A stretch of DNA of 62,611 nt from a virus (IMGVR_UViG_3300045747_000156:1-62611), one strand, 5' to 3'. Positions 31,578 through 41,700 are shown, counted from the stretch's first letter. A program made the numbers and translations. The notes: generated by a model not told the origin, from the sequence alone.

Positions 31578-31620
31578 ATTGTACTGTGGCTAGGTGGCGT
31601 TGTAAACAACTATTTGCAAT
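31578..31620 (-). promoter_or_regulatory. Sigma70-type early promoter P5
   Basis: Minus strand TTGCAAATAGTTGTTTACA-N17-TACAAT. -35 at 31601-31606, -10 at 31578-31583. Confidence 0.7.
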
Positions 31621-31895
31621 TATTTTGCGCTATTTTCACTATCACAAATACTAGTGTACATCTTCAATGCTTGTTCAATTGCTTCACGCAGTTCATACTG
31701 GTACTTCGCACGACGACGCGATTCCTTAGCAGCGGAGTTCAGCTTCATGGTGGAGAACTCACGCGACTTCGCGCTTTCTATTTCTCCAACGTGTTGTGCT
31801 TGCCTAGCCTTAGATTCCATAGCCTTTGCACCAACTACCCCTGCCCTCAGGTTCTTGTAGATGGTGTTGCAGGTGCGGATTTGGTGTGGCTTCAT
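31620..31895 (-). CDS. Hypothetical basic protein
   Basis: 91-aa ORF. RBS gctgaggaccgt before the ATG. Confidence 0.5.
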   Translation of the reverse strand: MKPHQIRTCNTIYKNLRAGVVGAKAMESKARQAQHVGEIESAKSREFSTMKLNSAAKESRRRAKYQYELREAIEQALKMYTSICDSENSAK

Positions 31896-31923
31896 ACGGT
31901 CCTCAGCAGGTGTTGAAAGTGAG

Positions 31924-31957
31924 ATTATACCACGCTTTCAAACACCTATTTGCAGAC
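31924..31957 (-). promoter_or_regulatory. Possible promoter P6 (extended -10, degenerate copy of the shared motif)
   Basis: Minus strand CTGCAAATAGGTGTTTGAAAGCGTGGTATAAT. TGgTATAAT is present, but no correctly spaced -35. Confidence 0.4.
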
Positions 31958-31959
31958 GC

Positions 31960-34002
31960 TCAATACTTCTTCTTGACCACGGGTCCTGTGTCATTTAAGT
32001 GGCCTTGTATGGCAGCCAAGTCTGCCTTCTCCCATACTGCTTTGTTGCGCACTATATAGAAGCGGTTCACCTCCTTCTTCGTCTTCACCGTGCGTCCATC
32101 CAGTGCATAGTGGACACCAACTCGGCGGAGTTCTCGACCCAACCCGTTGGCAGTCACCTTGCTCTTACCTTCTGGATCGTAGAGAGCAAGGAGCTCCTTG
32201 TTGGTAAACATGTCATGATGCAGCTTGACTTGGCCAACCTTGAGAATCTCTTCTGGGTTCGTCAGCAGCATGTTTACCCACTCGCCGAGGTCAGACCGTA
32301 CGTCCGCGATCATCCGCTCCTTGGCCTCTGTACGGAACGCAGGGGCTGCCGGATTAAACGCCGAGCAGTCGATCTCGTTGACTAGGTAGTGGAATAACGC
32401 TTTCGGTCCGTCGCCATGGAGCCACTTGTCGTACTTCTTGTAGAAGGCTTCACCCATTGGATCGGCTGTTATTTCGTGGACGAAAGAGCGTCGGTCATCG
32501 TCTTCAAGGAAAAGTGCAGTGGGTCCGTTGGCGGTGAAATAGTAGTTGATACAGTCGGGGATGACGAACGACTGCACGTGCTTGATGTTAAGTCGTATTT
32601 CCTTTTGGGTGATGAGCTTCTTAAGACGGTCTGAGTCATGACGCTTGTCAGTTCCTGTGACGTCGTCTCCCATAACAAATTGTTTGTTCTCCGCCCACTC
32701 ATTGAATGCTCCATCAATATTCTGCTGGTTGAGCTCAGTGAAGTTTTTGCCGTAGATCTTCCCCATGGTGTATCCGATGATCGACTTACCAGTGCCGTGG
32801 CGGACACCCCAGAGAAGCACTGAAGTAAACAACTTAGTTCCAGGGTGTTGGAGAGGATACGCAAGCCACCGTAGAAACCACTGCTTCGCGTCATCTGATG
32901 CTCCTGTGAATAAATGATTGATCAAGTCTAAGAACGGCTTCACGTCGCCTTTAACAGGCTCACAGCCCCATCCGCTCCACGTGTTCCATGCCGATTGGTA
33001 TGTTCCTGGCTCCAAGACCTGATCCTTACCCGGCGCGTACGTCAAGGTTTCAACCTCGTGGCGCATCGGCCACTTAATCCACGCTGATGATGTAGAGACC
33101 GCGCGTATGGCCACTCCGTTAGTCGTGACGTACTTCTCCGTGTATCCCAGCGTGTTGTACGAATTGCTGAACAGCGTCGGACTAATCTTCTGCCCAGTGG
33201 GTTTTTTGAAAATTATTCCAGGGTTGGCGATGTAGACGTGAGTCTTGTTGTATTCAAGCAGCACTTTCGCCGATGTAAGAAGCTGGGACGCTGTGGCCAA
33301 GAGTTCTTCTAGTTCTGCTGGCTTATGCTCCAACAGGAAGTCGTCAAGGCCAGTCTTCTTGTAGCCCTCCATCTCAGGCAGCGGCAATACATGTGGAAGG
33401 GCACCCTTGCGCATGAGTACTTCAGCCAGCTCGTTGAGTGCGTTGCAGACGTTCTCATTGGTCTTGGTATCTGAGTCGTAGCAGATGTAGACGTTGCGCT
33501 TGACCCAGTTGATGGAATCGAGTTCTTTCAGCAGTAGCATGCCGTGCTTGACGCTTCTAAAGGAGTGCACGCCTCCAAGGCCGATGGTGGGAAACCCTTC
33601 CTTGCATGCCTTAGATGCCTTTAGTTCACCCTCAGTGATGATGATGGACTCGCCGACATCTGCAAGGATAGGCTTCCAGTCGATGTTAGTAGGAAAGTAA
33701 GCGGCTACTCCAGAATCCTTGGGCTGAAGGTATCTGGTAGGCTTCTTGGTAGTCTGCGCCGCGAACCCTGATGGGTCCTTCAGCATGCGGACCCGCTTGT
33801 GATCTGGCCAACATGGGAGGAATTGGAATGGCTTGCCGGTGTGAACGTCCATGTAGTTAAACACAAGGACAGGAACCTTTGGATAGACTGGATCGATCTT
33901 AGATCCGTCTTCTTCTACCGTGATATTGAGTTTCTTCGCATCGGCCATAGTGAGGCCGGAGGATTCTAGCTTCTCAGCTGCTAGAGTCTTTGCATCAGAC
34001 AT
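31960..34002 (-). CDS. Bifunctional primase-helicase (Toprim-type N-terminus, P4/D5-type SF3 NTPase C-terminus)
   Basis: IIITEGELKA and GLDDFLL (Toprim acidic residues). Walker A GVRHGTGKS, Walker B FVMGDD. Start MSDAKTL at 34002 with aggagcatca RBS. Confidence 0.8.
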   Translation of the reverse strand: MSDAKTLAAEKLESSGLTMADAKKLNITVEEDGSKIDPVYPKVPVLVFNYMDVHTGKPFQFLPCWPDHKRVRMLKDPSGFAAQTTKKPTRYLQPKDSGVAAYFPTNIDWKPILADVGESIIITEGELKASKACKEGFPTIGLGGVHSFRSVKHGMLLLKELDSINWVKRNVYICYDSDTKTNENVCNALNELAEVLMRKGALPHVLPLPEMEGYKKTGLDDFLLEHKPAELEELLATASQLLTSAKVLLEYNKTHVYIANPGIIFKKPTGQKISPTLFSNSYNTLGYTEKYVTTNGVAIRAVSTSSAWIKWPMRHEVETLTYAPGKDQVLEPGTYQSAWNTWSGWGCEPVKGDVKPFLDLINHLFTGASDDAKQWFLRWLAYPLQHPGTKLFTSVLLWGVRHGTGKSIIGYTMGKIYGKNFTELNQQNIDGAFNEWAENKQFVMGDDVTGTDKRHDSDRLKKLITQKEIRLNIKHVQSFVIPDCINYYFTANGPTALFLEDDDRRSFVHEITADPMGEAFYKKYDKWLHGDGPKALFHYLVNEIDCSAFNPAAPAFRTEAKERMIADVRSDLGEWVNMLLTNPEEILKVGQVKLHHDMFTNKELLALYDPEGKSKVTANGLGRELRRVGVHYALDGRTVKTKKEVNRFYIVRNKAVWEKADLAAIQGHLNDTGPVVKKKY

Positions 34003-34094
34003 TGATGCTCCTAAATGAGGGTGCCAACGCGTCGGCAATTTGCTGAGGACCACCTGTTTGGGCGGCAGTGAAGAGTTCAATCATCAGGCCGCCG

Positions 34095-34601
34095 TCACGG
34101 ACGCGTTGGCGATGCTGATTGTATGCTATTTTGCGCAATGGAGCCGCTTTTGATTTTCTCGTTGAGAATTCTTAGCTGCTCATCGAGTTCGTCTTGGCTC
34201 ATTTTTGAGCAAACGTACCGGCCCGAAATGTGGTCCTTGCCACGATATTCTGAGACCGTTATTTCCTTTTCGAACGCACGGACGGACGAAACGCGAACTT
34301 TTAAAGAAGTCTCGGTGACCTTCATGAGGCTCGCAGCTTCGGCCAAAGTACAGGCTTTCGGAACGGTTTGCCCCTCGATGTAAACCCAGTAGCGTGGCAT
34401 GTGGTCCTTCTTTACCACAGCTTTTGCTGAGATTACTTCAGCCCGCTTCTGGGCATTGAAGGAAAGCTGGTTAACCATGAAGACGTTTTCTATCTTGATA
34501 TTCTCACACAGAATTTGGATCTGCGCTGATAATTCACGCCTCTTCTGTAAGGGGATGCTTCTTAGCACATCGCTGAGAGCCCCTGAAAGTATATTTGACA
34601 T
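34095..34601 (-). CDS. Hypothetical first gene of the minus arm
   Basis: 168-aa ORF next to the divergent control region. Confidence 0.5.
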   Translation of the reverse strand: MSNILSGALSDVLRSIPLQKRRELSAQIQILCENIKIENVFMVNQLSFNAQKRAEVISAKAVVKKDHMPRYWVYIEGQTVPKACTLAEAASLMKVTETSLKVRVSSVRAFEKEITVSEYRGKDHISGRYVCSKMSQDELDEQLRILNEKIKSGSIAQNSIQSASPTRP

Positions 34602-34670
34602 AACTCTACCTTATCTAATTCGCTAATAGAGGAAGGATTCTAGCTTGGTTTATAGGTGATGCTTGGTGCT

Positions 34671-34698
34671 TAGCGCTTAGCTCGTAGCACATAGCGTA
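34671..34698. promoter_or_regulatory. Four TAGC heptamers in exact 7-bp register (candidate protein-binding array)
   Basis: TAGCGCT TAGCTCG TAGCACA TAGCGTA, with TAGC at 34671, 34678, 34685 and 34692. Confidence 0.5.
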
Positions 34699-34775
34699 AC
34701 GCAACTCAGATATTCGTTAGCAACTTCTCCTAGGACAAATGGGCTTCCTAACTACTACTATATAAACTTCTCTTT

Positions 34776-34812
34776 AAGAAGTAGCCCTTTTAAAAGAGAA
34801 GTAGACGCACTT
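34776..34812. promoter_or_regulatory. 10-bp inverted repeat in the divergent control region
   Basis: ACTTCTCTTT (34776-34785) pairs with AAAGAGAAGT (34803-34812) across a 17-nt spacer. The direct repeat AGAAGTAG also occurs twice. Confidence 0.5.
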
Positions 34813-34971
34813 ATTTCGTCTTCTGCGTTTCTTGTGGTTTATGTGGATATTTACCGGAGCATAGGCGCGACCTTCCCACGGCGTCAAGGTTATTGGTGTG
34901 CGCACGCCACGCACATAGTGGAGTGGGCCAGGTACAATGCGCTCTGTTCAAATCCACTACGAGGAATCCAC

Positions 34972-35787
34972 GTGGCAACCACTACAAAGCAGCAGGCTGT
35001 AAAGCCCGCGGCCAAGGCAAAACCTGGCAAGCCGGTATCCAAAGACCCCAAGTACATTGAAAAGGCCACTAAGCGCAAAGCGGCAGCACCAGCTCCATTG
35101 GCTCCTAGTAGATACGGGCCGACAGCCTATGCACCTGAGGGCTACGCATCACGGCAAAGCACGCGGGTCGTCCGCCAGCCGCCGGTCATCGTCAAAGGAC
35201 CTGACGGTAAGAAGATCAAGGTCATTCCTATGAAGCACGCGCCTGGAGGCCAGGACGTCATCATCCACAAGGATAGCTATCTGCTCAATGGCGTCCAAGC
35301 GTTCACACCACTGGACTCGGTCACCTTGCCCGCTCTATTGGCGGCCATCGCATCCACGGGGAACTTGACCCTGTCTTGTGAGCGCCTCAACATCAGCCGG
35401 CTTGCCGTCTACGCCTTCAAGGCCGAGAACCCTGAGTTCGCCAAGCGGCTCAATGAAGCCCAACAGTATGGAGTCGAGGCTTGGAAGGACGAGGCTGCGC
35501 GCAGAGCATTCCAAGGCTGGGAAGATCCCATCTACCAACAGGGCTTGCAGGTCGGAGCCCGCCGCAACTTCAGCGACTCACTGGCTCTCGCCTTGCTGAA
35601 GGCTGCGGACCCTGAACACTTCCAAGACAAGGCACGCTTCGAGCTTGGCCCAACGGGCAACCCTTTGCAGGGCATGTTCGCCACCAAGACCGATGAGCAA
35701 CTCAACGAAGAGCTTGACAACAAGCTGAAGTCCTTAGCAGTCATTGCTAGGCGCTCTCAGAAGGGCAGCGAGGTCATCGACGTATGA
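34972..35787 (+). CDS. terS: Terminase small subunit
   Basis: GTG start at 34972 preceded by gaggaatccac. Lys/Pro-rich N-terminus, then LPALLAAIASTGNLTLSCERLNISRLAVYAFKAENPEFAKRLNEA (HTH-like). Immediately precedes terL with ATGA overlap. Confidence 0.65.
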   Translation: MATTTKQQAVKPAAKAKPGKPVSKDPKYIEKATKRKAAAPAPLAPSRYGPTAYAPEGYASRQSTRVVRQPPVIVKGPDGKKIKVIPMKHAPGGQDVIIHKDSYLLNGVQAFTPLDSVTLPALLAAIASTGNLTLSCERLNISRLAVYAFKAENPEFAKRLNEAQQYGVEAWKDEAARRAFQGWEDPIYQQGLQVGARRNFSDSLALALLKAADPEHFQDKARFELGPTGNPLQGMFATKTDEQLNEELDNKLKSLAVIARRSQKGSEVIDV

Positions 35788-37454
35788 AGGTACCTAAGAG
35801 CCTTCAGTCCACAAAGGTCAAGTCGAAGTTCAACCTACCACCGCTCAGCCAGTGCATCGCAGGACCTAACACACGCGAGGAGAAGATCAAGGCTTACCAG
35901 CACGCACACGAGATGGAGAGGCGGCTGTGCGAGTCTTCGCTCCACGCCTTCTTGCAGTTTGCTTGGCCGATCATGGAGCCCGGTCGCGAGTTCGTAGACA
36001 ACTGGCATCTGCGCGCCATCGCTGAGCACCTCGAGGCCGTGAGCCGTCGCGAGATTACTAGGCTCGTCATCAACGTGCCCTTCCGTACGTCTAAGTCCAC
36101 AATCACTAGTGTGGCTTGGCCAGCATGGACCTGGATCCACGATCCTAGCCATCAGTGGTTGTGCGGGTCGTATGCGTCTAAGCTCGCCATTCGCGACAAC
36201 TTGAAGATGCGTCGGCTCGTCACCAGCGATTGGTTCAAGAGCCACTGGGGCGACAAGGTACGTCTGGCATCGGACCAGAACGAGAAGCTAAGGTTCCAGA
36301 ATACCGAGATGGGCTACCGCATTGCCTTCGGTATGACTGGTGGCGTGATGGGCGACGGTGGTGACACCATACTTATCGATGACCCGCACGACAGGCAGGG
36401 TGCCCACTCCGAGGCTGAACGCGAGACCGCTCTCACCACATACGACGAGGCTCTCATCTCCCGGCTCAACGACCCGATCAGTGGGGCCATCGTCATCATC
36501 ATGCAGCGGCTCCACCAGAAGGACCTGAGCGGCCACGTCTTGGCGCAAGGTAACTTCGACCACCTCATGCTGCCGATGGAGTACGAGCCGCTGAGGTCTA
36601 AGCCCACAAGCATTGGCTTCAAGGACCCGCGCCGCAAAGAAGGCGAGTTACTATGGCCTCAGCGCTTCGATGTGGCTACCGTGAAGAACCTGAAGAAGTC
36701 TTTGGGAGACTACGGATCAGCAGGGCAGTTGCAGCAACGGCCTTCGCCAGCAGGTGGTGGTATCTTGCAGCCCAAGTACTTCGTGCTGTGGCCTGCGAAC
36801 CGGGACCTTCCAGATCTGTTCTTCGTGCTGCAGTCCTACGACACCGCATTCACTGAGAGGACCGAGGGCGATCCAACGGCGTGCACGGTGTGGGGCATCG
36901 GTGAACACGAGACCGGAGAGAACAAAGGCAAGCGCTTTGCCATCCTGCTCGATGCGTGGGCCGACCACCTCAGTTACCCCAAGCTGAAGAAGAAGGTGAT
37001 GGAAGACTGGAAGGCTCCGTACGGCGGCATCAAGAACGATCCACTGCACCCAGCTCGCAAGCCTGACATCATCCTTGTGGAGGCTAAGGGCTCAGGTCAA
37101 AGCCTCTTGCAAGACCTTCGTGTGGCCAACATCCCCGTTTCTGGCTACAATCCTGGAAAAGCGGACAAGATTGCTAGAGCCCACATGGTGGCTCCAATGC
37201 TCGAAGTTGACCTGTTCTACGTCCTGGAATCAAAGAAAGACGCAGGACAGCCCGTCACGTGGGCGCGTCCGCTCATGGCGCAGTGCGAGGAGTTTCCAAA
37301 TGGCGAGCACGACGATCTTGTGGATACGTTCACGCAAGCTGGCATCTACCTGCGCGACGCTCAATTCCTCGAAGTCGAACGCGTCCCTGACGACGTGGCA
37401 GACGAAGTCGACTACAACGCGCTGAGACACGGCCGCACAAACCCATACGCATAG
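35784..37454 (+). CDS. terL: Terminase large subunit
   Basis: ATPase: VINVPFRTSKST (Walker A-like), DTILIDDPHD (Walker B). C-terminal nuclease acidic motif GEHDDLVDTFTQA. Confidence 0.85.
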   Translation: MKVPKSLQSTKVKSKFNLPPLSQCIAGPNTREEKIKAYQHAHEMERRLCESSLHAFLQFAWPIMEPGREFVDNWHLRAIAEHLEAVSRREITRLVINVPFRTSKSTITSVAWPAWTWIHDPSHQWLCGSYASKLAIRDNLKMRRLVTSDWFKSHWGDKVRLASDQNEKLRFQNTEMGYRIAFGMTGGVMGDGGDTILIDDPHDRQGAHSEAERETALTTYDEALISRLNDPISGAIVIIMQRLHQKDLSGHVLAQGNFDHLMLPMEYEPLRSKPTSIGFKDPRRKEGELLWPQRFDVATVKNLKKSLGDYGSAGQLQQRPSPAGGGILQPKYFVLWPANRDLPDLFFVLQSYDTAFTERTEGDPTACTVWGIGEHETGENKGKRFAILLDAWADHLSYPKLKKKVMEDWKAPYGGIKNDPLHPARKPDIILVEAKGSGQSLLQDLRVANIPVSGYNPGKADKIARAHMVAPMLEVDLFYVLESKKDAGQPVTWARPLMAQCEEFPNGEHDDLVDTFTQAGIYLRDAQFLEVERVPDDVADEVDYNALRHGRTNPYA

Positions 37455-37628
37455 GACACCAAAATGGCAACTGAAGTAGAACTCTTTGAACAGTATGACC
37501 TACCTGGTCGTGAGTCTATCAGAGGACTGATCGACTCCAATGGTAAAGCTCAAATCCAATTAGGAGGACGTCCTGTCGCGTCTTACTCCACAGACGGTAG
37601 TGGCAACGTTACTGGGTTGGCGGGGCCG
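37452..37628 (+). repeat. ~177-bp near-identical 5' module shared by the two tailspike genes (copy A)
   Basis: From taggacaccaaaATGgcaactgaag... to ...actgggttgg. About 7 mismatches versus 60979-61155. Covers the RBS plus about 55 codons. Confidence 0.9.
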
Positions 37629-38699
37629 GGGGGTGGAGTAATTACGGCTAACCAGCCAATCAGGAAAACATATTCCGATGCTGTGTCAGTTCTTGCAGTT
37701 CCTCCGACAATTGCGCAAGTAACTCAAACGGCTACAACTATTGCCAGTGGCGTTCTGTTTTCAGTGCAGAGCGCTGGAGTTTTACGTTCAGACTACTATG
37801 ACTATATTGGTACACCACTTTTCACTTGGTCGGCTGCACCAGCGTTTATGGTTCCAGGCTCTGTAACTGGTTCGTACCTTGGACGAAATTGCATTTATAG
37901 GTTTTGGTCAGACTCTACCGATGTTGAGTTTTACCTTAATAACTTCAATTCACGATTCAATATCAGAGTAGACGGACAGCCAATTCAGTTAACACAGTTC
38001 ACGTTTTCTGCTGCTGGAACTGCTCAACAGGTAAAACTGACTTTCGTAACTGCGCAGCCTCGTTTGTATGAGATTGATGGCTACAACATGCCATTTGCTG
38101 GTGTGTATGTCACCGCAACGGCTAGTGTGTGGGCAGCTAGAAAACAATCGCAGTTAGTTGCTGTAGTAGGAGACTCCTACACTCAAGGCACAGGGTCTGA
38201 TTCACCAGATCAAACATGGTTTGCAACAGCAATGCGAATACTTGGTCATAGATACTTTCCAGAGGGTATAGGGAGCACAGGGTATTTGACAGCATCTCCA
38301 GCAGACCCAACAACGCGTTTGGCTAACTATCTGAATGTACTTTCTGCGCGTCCGGATACGATTATTTTGGCGCTTGGTTACAACGACAGTGCTGGAAGTC
38401 AGTCATCAATTCTTGCATCTGCAACATCTGCAATAACTGCTGCAAAAGCTATTGCATCAAGAGTGTGTGTTCTTGGGCCTTGGACTCCTCTCGGCGCAAC
38501 TGCCAATCTGACATCAACAAAAAACACACTGATTAGTGCGGCTGCAACTGGTGGAGTTCCTTTCATAGATATTGAGAATGTTATCAACTCCGTGAACAAA
38601 ACTGCATATACGGGCGGGGATAACGTTCATCCAGTTGCGGCGGGGCACTATTTCTTAGGGCATGTGATTGCTGAAAAGCTAGCTGTGATAAACCTGTAA
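37464..38699 (+). CDS. Tailspike/receptor-binding protein 1 with C-terminal SGNH (GDSL-like) esterase domain
   Basis: Block I VAVVGDSYTQGTG, block II GSTG, block III LALGYNDS, block V GDNVHPVAAGH. The N-terminal 55 aa are shared with 60991... Confidence 0.75.
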   Translation: MATEVELFEQYDLPGRESIRGLIDSNGKAQIQLGGRPVASYSTDGSGNVTGLAGPGGGVITANQPIRKTYSDAVSVLAVPPTIAQVTQTATTIASGVLFSVQSAGVLRSDYYDYIGTPLFTWSAAPAFMVPGSVTGSYLGRNCIYRFWSDSTDVEFYLNNFNSRFNIRVDGQPIQLTQFTFSAAGTAQQVKLTFVTAQPRLYEIDGYNMPFAGVYVTATASVWAARKQSQLVAVVGDSYTQGTGSDSPDQTWFATAMRILGHRYFPEGIGSTGYLTASPADPTTRLANYLNVLSARPDTIILALGYNDSAGSQSSILASATSAITAAKAIASRVCVLGPWTPLGATANLTSTKNTLISAAATGGVPFIDIENVINSVNKTAYTGGDNVHPVAAGHYFLGHVIAEKLAVINL

Positions 38700-38764
38700 C
38701 CCCAATTCACCAAGCCAAATAACTAAACAGGCCAATACATGACCATTGTTTTAACCCCATCAGG
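38700..38764 (+). repeat. Conserved post-tailspike element, copy 2 (see 277-340)
   Basis: ccccaattcaccaagccaaataactaaacaggccaatacatgaccattgttttaaccccatcagg. Confidence 0.9.
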
Positions 38765-38782
38765 CACAGGAGAGTAGGACTG

Positions 38783-41700
38783 ATGGATAAGCGCAACACA
38801 AAGATGCTCCCACGGGCCGAGCACAACGAACTCACTCAGCAGTATCCGAAGCTCAGTGGCTTCTTGCAGGCTGCTCTGCTTGGTGACGCCCCTGACGAAC
38901 TTGGCGGCTCAGTGCTCGATCCGCTGACTGCTGACCGCCAGACTGGAGCACGCGCAGGCTACCCGCTTGGACTTGCTGCCCAAGTGGCTCCCGTGCTTGG
39001 TCCATTGACTAAGTGGGCAGCCTCTGGGTCTGCTGGTGCAAAGCTCGCAGATGCTGTGGGCGAAGTTGGAAAGAGCTACGTGGTGAAGAACAAAGGCGGC
39101 AACTGGGTTGGCGGCCAGGTCGAAGACACACTGAAGCAGCTGAAGCGAGCCGTACGTGATGACGACTACTTGGCAAGGCTAGCAAGAGATGAGCAGCGTG
39201 GTATCATGATGCCAGGCACCCATCAGGAAATTCTTCGCCAAAATGGCGAGGCTAGTGCGCTCAACAACTGGGTTGACAAGCAGCTCACTCGCTACGTCAA
39301 GAACGACATGGCAACGCCTGAAGACCCTATCCGTGCAATGGCTGAGCGTGGGCCAATCCACACCGACCCCGGTCTCGACCTCTACTCGTCAAGGCATCGT
39401 GAACATCGTAACTCTGCCGGCACGGGCCTTGAAGGACTTGGCCAATCAAGGATTGCCAAAGACTGGGAGAACGTAACTGACGGTGCTATCGTGCCGCAGA
39501 CAATTGACGACCTGTGGCCTCAGTTTCCAGAGCTTAAGGCCCAGAATCCATGGATGGAGACGGCTCCTGCCGATACCAAAATCAACTGGGCTAGCGATGG
39601 GGTCCGCACACGCTTAGGCTTTGACCACTTACTTGATGAGTTGCGCAACGCGACCAATCCAGCCTCAGGTCTGCCAGCTCACTTGCAGTGGGATCCAAAG
39701 AACATGGACCGGGTGTCTGTACCTCAAGCTGTGCAGCGTGTTGCTGACATCAACGCTTGGAGAGCTGAGCAGAAAGCGGCTGCTGATGCTGCAAGGGCCA
39801 ACAACGCAGCCACAACGCTTCACAAGGACTACCCAGACCAAGGCTACAAATGGGTACAACTAAAGAAGCCCCAAGCTTCTGCCACTGATACGCTGCCAGA
39901 TGGATACAAACTTGACCAGAACAAAAACGGATTCTTTGTACGTGGTCCTGACAACAAAATGGCCAAGTCAATCTGGAACACACCAGAAGAGGCTGTGTCA
40001 GAGATGCTCGACGCGTCAAACACCTCTAAGCTATCTGACGCTCTCAAGTACGAGGGCGACACTATGGGCCACTGTGTTGGCGGTTACTGCCCAGACGTTA
40101 CATCTGGCCGCAGCAACATCTACAGCCTCCGCAACTCAAAGACCGGTGAGCCTCACATCACGGTTGAGACTCGACCAAGCAAGGTAAGCCGCGAGTACCT
40201 CAACTCTCTTCCAGACCCTGACAATCCTGGCGGCCCTGACTCATTTGGCGTAGCAAACACAATGTATGACTACGTTCATCGCCATCGCAAGGGAAACGGC
40301 GACTTTGACAACTTTGCACTTCAAGCACTGAAGCAGCACGGTCACGACTTGCCTCCTGAAGAGGTCGTGCAGATCAAAGGCAAGGGCAATGCTGCACCTG
40401 CTGACAAATACAAGCCATTTGCTCAGGACTTTGTCAAGTCCGGTAAGTGGGCGCGCGTCGGAGACCTCAGCAACACAGGCTTGGTTGAAGCGCAAGGAAA
40501 ATACTGGACACCGCAGGAACTCAGTGATGCAGTAGGCCCAGTCCCGACACCGCCAGAATACGCAGAAGGAGGCCGTGTGAGCCCAACAGATGGTATCCCA
40601 TACCCGGGAATTGGTAAACGACGCCACAACGATCGTCAAGCAAGTGCCGACATACCGGTACAAGCACTTCGCGGTTGGGCTGCGGGCACGGCCGGACTCC
40701 CCGGAGACCTCGAGGGACTAGTCAGGAGCTTAATTCCTGGTGTCAGCAACACCTCGTTCTGGCCTACGAGTGATTTCTACAAGGAATGGCTCCCCGGCGC
40801 GTCTGAGACCCCTCAGGCGAGGGCTGCCCAAGAGCTAGGGAGCTTCTTCGGAGGAGCTGGCTCCACAAAACTGGCTAAACCGATTGCCTCCACAGGCAAA
40901 GCGGCTGCAAGGTTCGCTGGTGAAGCCATCGATGCTGGCATGCACGGGGAAGGAGCATTGGCTAGGGTCTTAGCGCCTGCAGCTCCGGCCTTTGCCGTGA
41001 AGCCTAAGGGCGGCAATTGGACCGTCGCAAGCGGCCATGCCCCTGAAGACGCCTTGGAATTCCACGACATAGCTGCTCGCAACTCGTCTGAGGCCAACCG
41101 CTGGCGCGACAAGCAGTTGTTGAACTACATGAAGAACCAGATGGGGACAGTTGACGACCCACTACTGAAGCTCGAGCAAGAAGGCCGTCTGCACATGACA
41201 CCTCAGCAGATGATAGAGTCGTCGCGGGAGTTTGGGGTGGCTCCACACCCGCTTCGTGGAACTGAGGAGTTTGGGTTGAGAACTGGTTTAGGTACTGCCG
41301 ATAAGTTCCACTACGAGACTACGGGTAGGTCAACAAGAACGCCGTGGGAGAATCTCTCTGACCAAGCAATCGGCACTCATACGCCAGGCGAAGAAGTCAA
41401 CAACCTTCTGGATTATCACGGCGTCACTGACGGCCCCAACACAATCGGCGAAGGCGTTGAGCACTTGACAAACCAAGGTGGGATCTCAGCGCAGGCGGCA
41501 GAGCTCTTGAAGCGACACTCTTGGCTTGACAAGGCAGATCCAAAAACACCAATCTACGGACTGGGTGAACCACAAGGCCTCGGCTTCCAGCACATGATGG
41601 ACTACCTGGACCAAGCCAACGGGGCAGGTCAAGCTCTTGAGCATCACGGATCCTTAGAGGCCATGCGAGCCGCTGCTCAAGGAGCCGTTCAAAATGCTCC

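Noticed and set aside
34661-34702. tRNA-like string (gcttagcgcttagctcgtagc resembles a D-arm)
   Set aside because: No acceptor stem pairing and no GTTCRANYC T-loop motif can be found nearby. It is better explained as phased TAGC heptamers.
34834-34971. N-terminal extension of the terS ORF (track start 34834)
   Set aside because: The extension (MVYVDIYRSIGATFPRRQGYWCAH...) has no RBS and runs through the non-coding control region. The in-frame GTG at 34972 has a gaggaa RBS at the proper spacing and begins the Lys/Pro-rich N-terminus.
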